Of a DNA stretch of 64,000 bases, positions 56,320 through 64,000 are shown one piece after another. The translations under genes and the position numbers were made by a program. This DNA comes from an uncultured Candidatus Saccharibacteria bacterium (lineage in GTDB: Bacteria; Patescibacteriota; Doudnabacteria; UBA920): contig CAYQEU010000001.1 of assembly GCA_964416765.1 (NCBI GenBank), forward strand, positions 276,480 to 340,479, given 5' to 3'. The notes beneath the pieces were generated by a model, which saw nothing but the letters and a program-made list of their open reading frames with translations, searched no databases and had not been told where the DNA came from. Every line of letters begins with the position of its first letter. The first letter of the stretch is position 1.

Positions 56320-58094
56320 TTTTGCTTATCTTTTGGCAAATCTACTTTAATGCTCAATTCTTTCAGCTGTTTTTCTTCTACTTCGCTTGGAGCATTCATC
56401 ATAACGTCCTGAGCAGAACCGTTCTTGGGGAAAGCAATTACTTCGCGGATGTTTGGTTCGTTTTCGAAAATCATGAGCATACGGTCAATTCCCGGGGCAA
56501 AGCCGCCTGAGGGAGGAGCGCCGAATTCAAACGCTCGAATCATGGCGCCGAACTTTTCGTCCACGGTGTCTTTATTGATTCCTACGATATCAAACGCCTT
56601 GTACATAATTTCGGGGTTGAAATTGCGGATGGCACCGGAAGAAAGTTCCAAGCCATTGGCAATAATGTCGTATTGGTCAGCGATAATGTCCAGCGGATCT
56701 TTAGAATTTAATTCTTCCAGGCCGCCTTTTGGCATGGAAAACGGGTTATGCATGAAATCGATTTTCTTTTCACGGGGGTCATATTCATATAGGGGGAAAT
56801 CCGTGATCCAGGCCCACGCTACTACGTTGGGGTCCTTAAGGTTGTATTTGTCTCCTAAAACATCTCGAAGTTTGCCCAAAACTTTATTAACAACAGCACG
56901 GTCGTCAGCCCCGAAGAAGACAATATCTCCTGGCTTTGCCCTGGTAGCTTCAGCAATAGAATTCATCTCACCTTCACTAAGGAATTTTGCTATGGGTGAT
57001 TTGAGGCCTTCTTCGGTATAGGTTATGTACGCAAGGCCGCCGGCTCCTTCTTTCTTCGCGGTTTCTGTAAGCTCATCAATTTGGCTGCGGCTCATGGAAG
57101 CGCCGCCAACTAAACAAATAGCTTTCACACAACCCCCGTTTTTAATGGCGTTGCCAAAAACTGAAAATTCGGTATCCTTTAGCGCCTCGGTCAGCTCAAT
57201 TAATTCCATGCCGTAACGCAAGTCCGGCCGGTCACTGCCATATTTTTCCATTGCTTCCTTGTACGGGATGCGGGGGAAGGGTTTGGAAAGGCACTTCTTG
57301 CCAGCGAATTCTTCAGTCAGTTGAATGAACAAAGGCTCTAATTCCTCAAATACGATTTCACCGCGGTCGGCAAATGCAATTTCCAAATCGAGTTGATAAA
57401 ACTCACCGGGCGAACGGTCTGCGCGAGGGTCTTCATCACGGAAACATGGCGCGATTTGGAAATATTTGTGGACGCCGCCAACCATCAACAATTGCTTAAA
57501 CTGCTGAGGGGCTTGCGGCAAAGCGTAGAACTTGCCGGGATGGAGACGGGATGGAACTAAGAAATCGCGGGCGCCTTCCGGTGAAGAATTAGCCAGAATA
57601 GGGGTGGTAATTTCAATGAAATCGTGGGCGTCCATGTAGTCACGGATCATTTTTATCATGTCGTGACGGCGCTTTAGCATGCGCTGCATCTTTTCGCGGC
57701 GCAAATCGAGAAAACGGTACTTTAGACGGACTTCTTCGTTAACTTCATCCGTGGCGTGAGAAATCTGGAACGGCAAAGCTTTGCTTTTATTCAAAACAAC
57801 CAAGTCAGATAAAACAACTTCCACGCTGCCAGTAGGGATATTTGGATTTATCAGGTCCGCATCCCGCTTTTTCACGGTACCCGTAATTTTGATAACAAAC
57901 TCATCACGTAATGTATTGGCTGTTTCAAAAATAGCGCCCATGTCGGGATTAACAGTAAGTTGAACAATCCCGGTGTGGTCGCGTAGGTCAATAAAAATAA
58001 GACCGCCGTGGTCTCGGGCGGAATCTACCCATCCGGAAAGTGTGACTTCCTGACCAACTTTTTCCAGCGTTTCAATCGCTAAATCTCGTTTCAT
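56316..58094 (-). CDS. aspS: Aspartate-tRNA ligase.
   Basis: N-terminal OB anticodon-binding domain GWVDSARDHGGLIFIDLRD and class II motifs 1-3. Confidence 0.95.
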   Translation of the reverse strand: MKRDLAIETLEKVGQEVTLSGWVDSARDHGGLIFIDLRDHTGIVQLTVNPDMGAIFETANTLRDEFVIKITGTVKKRDADLINPNIPTGSVEVVLSDLVVLNKSKALPFQISHATDEVNEEVRLKYRFLDLRREKMQRMLKRRHDMIKMIRDYMDAHDFIEITTPILANSSPEGARDFLVPSRLHPGKFYALPQAPQQFKQLLMVGGVHKYFQIAPCFRDEDPRADRSPGEFYQLDLEIAFADRGEIVFEELEPLFIQLTEEFAGKKCLSKPFPRIPYKEAMEKYGSDRPDLRYGMELIELTEALKDTEFSVFGNAIKNGGCVKAICLVGGASMSRSQIDELTETAKKEGAGGLAYITYTEEGLKSPIAKFLSEGEMNSIAEATRAKPGDIVFFGADDRAVVNKVLGKLRDVLGDKYNLKDPNVVAWAWITDFPLYEYDPREKKIDFMHNPFSMPKGGLEELNSKDPLDIIADQYDIIANGLELSSGAIRNFNPEIMYKAFDIVGINKDTVDEKFGAMIRAFEFGAPPSGGFAPGIDRMLMIFENEPNIREVIAFPKNGSAQDVMMNAPSEVEEKQLKELSIKVDLPKDKQK

Positions 58095-58162
58095 ATGGCG
58101 AAATTATAACAAATTCAGGCCTTATTGGCAAAAATCCCCATCCCGGAAAAATAGGGTGTATA

Positions 58163-58750
58163 ATGTATTTAATGTTAAAGAAAATTGTTCTTGACCTTGA
58201 AACACAAAAAGAATTTAGCGAGGTAGGAGGCAGGGGTAAAAACCACCTGTTAAAGATTTCCGTGTGCGGGGTATATGATTATTCCACCAACCAATATACC
58301 GTATACGAAGAAAAGGAAATTCCCCGTTTGGCCCCAATACTTCAGGCGGCGGATTTGATCATTGGATACAACATTAAAGACTTTGATTTTGAAGTTCTCC
58401 AGCCGTACCTGAACTTTAATATATTTGAGATACCGCATTACGATTTGATTCAGGAAATAGCCGCGGTTTTGGGACATCGCGTCAGCCTGGAAATGGTGGC
58501 CCAGGCTTCGCTCGGGGTAGGCAAGTCCGGGCACGGGCGGCAGGCGGTACTGTACTGGCGCAATGGCCGTCTCGATTTGTTGAAAAAATATTGCTTGGAT
58601 GACGTCCGGATAACCAAGCAGGTTTACGATTACGCGCTGGTAAACCAAAAAATCTTGTATCGTGATTACTTTAAGGTTAAAGAAGTTAAACTTAACCTAA
58701 TGGAGCCGGCTCCAAGGACCGGCGTTCAGCACCAAGCAGTCCTATTTTAA
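58163..58750 (+). CDS. DEDD-family 3'-5' exonuclease-like protein (RNase H-like fold).
   Basis: VLDLETQ (Exo I), IIGYNIKDFDFEVL (Exo II) and Y..D pattern (Exo III). Confidence 0.5.
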   Translation: MYLMLKKIVLDLETQKEFSEVGGRGKNHLLKISVCGVYDYSTNQYTVYEEKEIPRLAPILQAADLIIGYNIKDFDFEVLQPYLNFNIFEIPHYDLIQEIAAVLGHRVSLEMVAQASLGVGKSGHGRQAVLYWRNGRLDLLKKYCLDDVRITKQVYDYALVNQKILYRDYFKVKEVKLNLMEPAPRTGVQHQAVLF

Positions 58751-58758
58751 AATTCGCC

Positions 58759-59655
58759 ATGGCGACAAATAAAATGTTTAAAACCAAATGGCAAGCGGCC
58801 GGGTTAATCTTCGTGCTGGTGGGGAGTTTGGCCATTGCGTGGTACGGGTTATTGTCACCGGTTTTTAGCGGTGCCGTTATATTACCTCAGGAATTTCATA
58901 TTGGGTTTTTGCCCATCCACTATTACGGCGTGATCATCGCCCTGGGGGCATTGGCGGGGTGGTTTATTGCCATGGCCCAGGTAAAAAAATATGGGATAGA
59001 CGAGGATTTCGCTGAATGGATTATATTCTTCTGCGTGATTGGGGGCATTATTGGATCCCGTGCGTACCATGTATTCTCCTCGTGGAAGTATTACATCCAT
59101 AATCCTGTGCAGGCCATCGCGATCTGGAACGGGGGACTAGGGATATATGGTGCCGCCGCTGGCGGCGCGCTAGTGCTGGCAGTGGTCGTTTATTTTTCCG
59201 GCCGATGGTCAGCAAAAAAATTCATGAACTATCTGAATTGGCTAACTTTGAGTTTCGTTGCCGCCCAGGCCATTGGCCGATGGGGTAATTTTTTTAACTA
59301 TGAGGCGTTTGGCACCCCCACGGGGGTACCATGGAAGATGTATGTGCCCGTCTTGTTCCGGCCATCCGAGTACCTTGGCTACGTGTACTTCCATCCCTGG
59401 TTTTTGTACTCATCACTGGTAAACCTGGGAATTCTCCTTTATTTATGGCGTTATAAGCGCAATAATCCTTACCTTTTCGTGTGGTATTTGCTCTTGTATA
59501 ATGGTACTAGGACGTTCCTGGAACTTTTGCGCGCCGACAGCACGTTTGTTGGCCCCTTCCGGTTGAATTTCCTGGTCAGCCTCGGCCTCACCCTTTGCGC
59601 CGGGCTGTTTCTGTATAAACGCAGCCATGAACCAAAACTACCACAAAGCAATTAG
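58759..59655 (+). CDS. lgt: Prolipoprotein diacylglyceryl transferase.
   Basis: Signature IGRWGNFFNYEAFG. Confidence 0.8.
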   Translation: MATNKMFKTKWQAAGLIFVLVGSLAIAWYGLLSPVFSGAVILPQEFHIGFLPIHYYGVIIALGALAGWFIAMAQVKKYGIDEDFAEWIIFFCVIGGIIGSRAYHVFSSWKYYIHNPVQAIAIWNGGLGIYGAAAGGALVLAVVVYFSGRWSAKKFMNYLNWLTLSFVAAQAIGRWGNFFNYEAFGTPTGVPWKMYVPVLFRPSEYLGYVYFHPWFLYSSLVNLGILLYLWRYKRNNPYLFVWYLLLYNGTRTFLELLRADSTFVGPFRLNFLVSLGLTLCAGLFLYKRSHEPKLPQSN

Positions 59656-60376
59656 CGCGATCTTTAGCGTGGCCTTCCTGGTCACGGTACAGATTTTTGC
59701 CGCCCCTCTTCCGGTATTTCGTTACCTCCTCCCGGCCTTTATTTTGTTCTGTGCCGCCATGACTGTCTACAACATATGGTATTTGCGGAAAATTGGCCAC
59801 TACAATATTTGGTGGTGGGTACGTCCGGTATTGTTTGTCATCGGATGGTTCGCTCTATTCTTCATTGTTCCCGGAGATTTTTGGCGAGGATTGTTTTTGT
59901 TGCTTGGTCTGCCCATAATTTACCTAGTGGAGTTTTTGGTGGGTAACTCAGGACAACAATTGCTCATGAACGAAACCCTCATTACCGCGTTTGCCATATT
60001 CATGTCGGTAACCCAGTTCAGTCACACTTTTGCCACCATTCCCCAGGTCGTTTATTTAGGTATTTGTTTCGCCGCCACGCTTTTGCTGGTGCGGGCATCT
60101 TATGAAGCGGTACCCCGACCTGGTCCGGCGCGTTGGTACAGCGCGGCAATTTTGGCCTTACTTACGACCGAATTGTTTTGGGCACTAAGCTTTTTGCCGC
60201 TTCACTTCAGCGCCTTAGGCTTAATGATGTTTAACATATTCTACTTTTGCTGGGTTTTGTATTATTATGCATTATATGACCACCTCAACGTAAAGCAGGT
60301 GCAATACCACTTGGCATTGGGAATAATTTTCACCGCTGTAATTTTGGCGGTCACGCCGTGGAAGATCTTAACTTAA
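59627..60376 (+). CDS. Hypothetical polytopic membrane protein.
   Basis: About 8 TM helices. Confidence 0.45.
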   Translation: MNQNYHKAISAIFSVAFLVTVQIFAAPLPVFRYLLPAFILFCAAMTVYNIWYLRKIGHYNIWWWVRPVLFVIGWFALFFIVPGDFWRGLFLLLGLPIIYLVEFLVGNSGQQLLMNETLITAFAIFMSVTQFSHTFATIPQVVYLGICFAATLLLVRASYEAVPRPGPARWYSAAILALLTTELFWALSFLPLHFSALGLMMFNIFYFCWVLYYYALYDHLNVKQVQYHLALGIIFTAVILAVTPWKILT

Positions 60377-60379
60377 TTT

Positions 60380-61438
60380 ATGAATAAAAAACTTATCCTA
60401 TTTTTCGTAGTTACCCTGATTGTTTGTGTTGTTTTTAATATCCTGGCAGGGCCATGGATTGCCGCCAAGCTTTCCTTTGTCCCGATTTTCCGGAAGTACC
60501 AGTTGTTTAACCCACAGGCGCCAATTGTCATTACCAAGAAAGATGATTCCGGTTCCTCTAGTGGCAGTGAAATGACGGACGCTATCGCCCGGGCCAAATC
60601 ACATCTATCCTCGATAGCAACGATTGGACCTAATTCAGTGGTTGTTAACGGCGGCGCTCTCAATCTTTCTACTGACGGTTATTTCCTTACTGTCGTTTCC
60701 GCCTTAGCCAAGGATGCCAGCACTCAGTCCATTGTTTTGAATAATGGGCAATCGGCTCCTATAACAGCGGTTTATGGCGAGCCGGGTTCCAACCTTGTAA
60801 TAGTGAAAGCATCTTTAAACGGTGTGGCTGTTGTGGATTTCGCTTCCAGTAAGTCTCTGTTGCCTGGTACTAAAATTGGTTTTTCCCATAACGTAGTTGC
60901 TTCCAATGGCCTGGTTAATTTCCAAGGCAGTTTCGTGTCATCAGCGCAAAACGCAACTTTGGGAAAGGTTTTTAACGCTGATAAGCCTTCACGCAGTTTC
61001 GCCGCCCAGCCCGCGGGCAGCCTTATCCCCGGTGAAGCTGTGATAGGATTGGACGGCAAGATTGCTGGATTGTGGGACGGTACCAATTTAGTTTCCGCTG
61101 ACGTGGCTAACCAAACCGTGAAACTGTTTTTCAATAATTCGCAAAAGGGGATTAACCGCCCGGTTTGGAAGTTTTCATACCGCAACATTGGCAGTGTGGA
61201 AAGCAATTCCTATCAAATCCCGATCGGGGCTCTGGTCGCTTCGGTTGACGCAAACGGTCCGGCCGCCGCCGCCGGCTTAAAGGCTGGAGATAGCATAACG
61301 GCGGTAGGGGGGCAAAGCCTGACCGAAGACACCACGCTCGAAGAATTGCTGGCTAACCAAAAACCCGGGCAATCAATAGCTTTTACCGTAGTGAGGGAAA
61401 AGAAGCTGATGACGTTAACGTTAACCCCGGCTCAGTAG
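60380..61438 (+). CDS. HtrA-like protein with a C-terminal PDZ domain. The trypsin-like domain appears to lack the catalytic His/Ser.
   Basis: The PDZ GLKAGDSITAVGG is present. No GNSGG or TNNHV motifs. Confidence 0.55.
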   Translation: MNKKLILFFVVTLIVCVVFNILAGPWIAAKLSFVPIFRKYQLFNPQAPIVITKKDDSGSSSGSEMTDAIARAKSHLSSIATIGPNSVVVNGGALNLSTDGYFLTVVSALAKDASTQSIVLNNGQSAPITAVYGEPGSNLVIVKASLNGVAVVDFASSKSLLPGTKIGFSHNVVASNGLVNFQGSFVSSAQNATLGKVFNADKPSRSFAAQPAGSLIPGEAVIGLDGKIAGLWDGTNLVSADVANQTVKLFFNNSQKGINRPVWKFSYRNIGSVESNSYQIPIGALVASVDANGPAAAAGLKAGDSITAVGGQSLTEDTTLEELLANQKPGQSIAFTVVREKKLMTLTLTPAQ

Positions 61439-61522
61439 GATTGACACTCGTCCCAAAATGGGCTAAAATATGACCGAAATTAAGCTCCTCAAAAAGGGAG
61501 CTTTTAAAATGGAGGGTGACTG

Positions 61523-61990
61523 ATGAAAGGTCATGTGTTGATAGTCTACGACTCGGATGTTTCTTTGGGAAACAGTTTTATGTGTGCCCTGGCATTTTGC
61601 CAAAGGAACCGAGCCGCGGCAAATTTGGTGGCCTCGTTCGAGGGCAGCGCGATGCAGAACAACCTGCAGATGCTGCGCAACCGCCTTGGGTACGAAAACC
61701 ACGCCACCGTGGCGCTTTACATCGGTTTGCCGACCGATGAAACCGTTGACGGTGCATTTAAAATCTTTGCCGACCATCCCTCCAGAAACGTGTTCTTTCT
61801 CGGAAAGAGCGCGGACATACCTCTGCGGCTATGCCACACAGGAATAAAGACTCTGGAAGCGTTGGCTCTTATTGAGGTCCGGCATGTCCTGGACCGGTTT
61901 GCGAAATTCTCGGATGGGGGCTTGCTGCTGGTCGTGGAAGAAAACCCCACGCCGGAATTTTTTGCCGCAGCGAAGGCCCTGCTCTGCTAA
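61523..61990 (+). CDS. Hypothetical protein.
   Basis: ORF. Promoter TTGACA-N17-TAAAAT at 61442..61470 and a 5'UTR hairpin at 61481..61502. Confidence 0.4.
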   Translation: MKGHVLIVYDSDVSLGNSFMCALAFCQRNRAAANLVASFEGSAMQNNLQMLRNRLGYENHATVALYIGLPTDETVDGAFKIFADHPSRNVFFLGKSADIPLRLCHTGIKTLEALALIEVRHVLDRFAKFSDGGLLLVVEENPTPEFFAAAKALLC

Positions 61991-62068
61991 CACTCACCTT
62001 TGTATTCAAAATTGAAGCCGCGAATCGACTGCATGTCTGTTCGCGGCTTTGTTTTTCGGGACATCTTT

Positions 62069-62668
62069 TTATAGTTCGCGGCGGCCTTCGAGCGCTCGTG
62101 ACAGCGTAATTTCGTCCGCGTATTCGAGATCCCCGCCCATAGGCAGGCCCCGAGCGATCCGGGTAATTTTAACCCCGGTGTCTTTTAGCAATTTTGAAAT
62201 ATGGAGCGCCGTGGTTTCTCCTTCTAGGGTAGGATTAGTGGCGACAATTACTTCGGTTACGTCCAGCTTGGCAATTCTTCCCGGCAGGTCATCAATATTA
62301 AGCTGGTCCGCGCCAATTCCTTCCATTGGGTTTAGAACGCCGCCAAGGACATGGAATACCCCGCGAAATTGGCGGGTTTTGTCCAGGGCCAGCGCGTCCA
62401 GCGGTTCTTCCACTATGCACATCAAATGGTGGTCGCGGTTTGGATCAGCACAAATATCACAAGGGTCGGTTTCCGCCATGTTATGGCAATCGGCGCAGAA
62501 AGTCACTCCCGCTTTGAGGTTATGGATGCTCTCCGCCAGAGAATTTAAGTCGATATTGTCACGCTTCAGCAAATAAAAAGTCAGGCGTTGGGCCGATTTG
62601 GGACCAATGCCAGGGAGTTTGGAAAGTTCGTTTATGGCTCGTTCGAGGGAAGAGGGAAGTTTTGCCAT
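62069..62668 (-). CDS. recR: Recombination protein RecR.
   Basis: HhH, C4 zinc finger and Toprim pattern. Confidence 0.9.
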   Translation of the reverse strand: MAKLPSSLERAINELSKLPGIGPKSAQRLTFYLLKRDNIDLNSLAESIHNLKAGVTFCADCHNMAETDPCDICADPNRDHHLMCIVEEPLDALALDKTRQFRGVFHVLGGVLNPMEGIGADQLNIDDLPGRIAKLDVTEVIVATNPTLEGETTALHISKLLKDTGVKITRIARGLPMGGDLEYADEITLSRALEGRREL

Positions 62669-62670
62669 GT

Positions 62671-64000
62671 TTAGTTGGGGGCGGAGAATGTCGCGCCAGG
62701 ATTATTTTCTTCAGTGTTAAGGCTTTGCATGACGGCCTGGGGGCTGACGTCGAACGTGGCATCCAGGGTGCGGAACGATGTTTTGGCATCATCAAAGTAA
62801 AGGTCAACCTGACCGGTTGGGCCATTGCGGTGTTTTTTGATATGAATTTCAGCAATATTTGGTCGGCTGGATTCCCGGCCGCGGTACATGTCTTCGCGGT
62901 AAATAAACATGACCACGTCGGCGTCCTGCTCAATGCTACCCGATTCGCGAAGGTCAGCGAGCTGGGGGACCTTGTCGGGGCGGTTTTCCACGCCGCGAGA
63001 AAGCTGGGACAAGGCAATGACGGGGATGTTAAGTTCGCGGGCCAAGATCTTCAAGCTGCGGGAAATTTCACTAACTTCCTGCACGCGGTTGTCGGTGGTG
63101 CGGCCGGCCATAAGCTGGAGGTAGTCAATCACGATCAGGCCAAGGTTATGCTCGGCCTGAAGGCGCCGGGCTTTGGTGCGAACTTCCATGATGTTGGCGC
63201 CGGCGGCATCATCAATGTAAAGAGGTGCCTCGGACAAAGCGCCCATGCCATAGTTCAATTTTTCAAAATCTTCTTCCGTCAGGTTACCCGTGCGGATTTT
63301 CCAAAGGTCCACATCGGACTGGGCCGCCAGCAAACGGTCGACCAGTTGGTCCTTACTCATTTCCAAAGAGAATATCCCCGTGGGAATTTTTGCCACGGTA
63401 GCGACGTGGCGAATAATGTCCAGTGCCATGGAGGTTTTACCCATGGAAGGACGGGCCGCCAGGATTACCAAGTCGGAACGCTGCAAGCCCCCCAGTTTTT
63501 TATCCAGGTCGGTAAAGCCGGTCGGTAAACCGCGGAGTTTGCCTTTTTCCCGGTGCAGTTCATCAATACGTTCGAAAGTTTCGTGCAGGATGCTTTTTAC
63601 GGGAGTGAAATTCTGCTGGAGTTGCTGCTGGGACACGCTGAACAATTGCTGTTCCGCCTTGTCCAAAATATCCTCCACTTCGCCCTCTTCGGAAAAGGCC
63701 ATGCTTTGGATATCGCTGGCGCTTTTAATGAGCCGACGGAGTGTGCCCTTCTTTCGTACGATGTTGGCGTAGTACGTGAGGTGAGTGGCGGAAGGAACGG
63801 TATTCACCAACTGACTGAGGTATCCGGCGCCGCCCACCTGGTCTAGTTGTTTCTTTTCTTCCAGTGAATTTGAAAGAGTGAGGATATCAATGGAAATATT
63901 ACGCTCGAATAATCCGAGCATGGTTTCGTAAATGAGCTGGTGGCGGGTGTCATAAAAATCCTGCGCGCTGACAACGTCAGCTACTTTGATTATGCCGTCT
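62671..64000 (-). CDS. dnaB: Replicative DNA helicase, partial (N-terminus lies beyond the window end).
   Basis: Walker A GxGKT, IIDYLQLM and RecA-like C-domain. The frame stays open to 64000 (…SAQDFYDTRHQLIYETMLG). Confidence 0.9.
   Translation of the reverse strand, partial: DGIIKVADVVSAQDFYDTRHQLIYETMLGLFERNISIDILTLSNSLEEKKQLDQVGGAGYLSQLVNTVPSATHLTYYANIVRKKGTLRRLIKSASDIQSMAFSEEGEVEDILDKAEQQLFSVSQQQLQQNFTPVKSILHETFERIDELHREKGKLRGLPTGFTDLDKKLGGLQRSDLVILAARPSMGKTSMALDIIRHVATVAKIPTGIFSLEMSKDQLVDRLLAAQSDVDLWKIRTGNLTEEDFEKLNYGMGALSEAPLYIDDAAGANIMEVRTKARRLQAEHNLGLIVIDYLQLMAGRTTDNRVQEVSEISRSLKILARELNIPVIALSQLSRGVENRPDKVPQLADLRESGSIEQDADVVMFIYREDMYRGRESSRPNIAEIHIKKHRNGPTGQVDLYFDDAKTSFRTLDATFDVSPQAVMQSLNTEENNPGATFSAPN

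Noticed and set aside
1-64000. CRISPR array near the Cas4-like gene.
   Set aside because: No regularly spaced direct repeats of 25 to 40 bp were seen anywhere in the window.

Overview
This is a 64-kb, roughly 50% GC bacterial window with small genes, many hypothetical proteins and several sortase-like or DUF-type surface proteins, which loosely suggests an uncultivated (possibly CPR/Patescibacteria-like) genome. That taxonomic guess is weak inference.

Most of the window is ordinary chromosome. From left to right the recognisable genes include upp, def, mnmA, hppA (membrane pyrophosphatase), a Ca2+-type P-type ATPase overlapping a Na+/Ca2+ exchanger, an ABC exporter pair, TspO, a VanY-like peptidase, an MFS transporter, rplJ-rplL, lexA, galE, a SAM-I riboswitch followed by metK, rlmI, trhO, fpg/nei, scpAB, aspS, lgt, recR and dnaB (partial). 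There are three tRNAs: Gln-UUG, Gln-CUG and Glu-CUC.

The stand-out feature is a complete diversity-generating retroelement (DGR) at the left edge, bases 1..3496:
- A DGR-type reverse transcriptase runs off the window start on the minus strand (<1..525).
- An Avd-like four-helix-bundle gene (520..921, + strand) is divergent from the RT, and their start codons overlap within the palindrome-like ATGCATATG.
- A 131-bp template repeat (943..1073) lies about 300 bp downstream of a 709-aa target gene (1367..3496, minus strand).
- The variable repeat (1396..1526) is at the target gene's 3' end and differs from the TR at about 20 positions, every one an adenine of the TR on the target-sense strand.
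- There is a 1-nt length difference between TR and VR that shifts the reading frame of the VR tail.

The DGR sits beside an AT-rich nuclease gene and tRNA-Gln, consistent with a mobile island.

Other points worth a second look:
- Two terminator-like hairpins have almost identical 27-nt loops but unrelated, fully covarying stems.
- A perfect 16-bp palindrome sits in the divergent lexA promoter, a candidate SOS box.
- A class I methyltransferase gene is frameshifted.
- An ORF with an RBS and a terminator has no canonical start codon.
- GalE carries an N-terminal Phd/YefM-like extension.
- A large DUF11-repeat surface protein ends in an APVTG sortase-like sorting signal.
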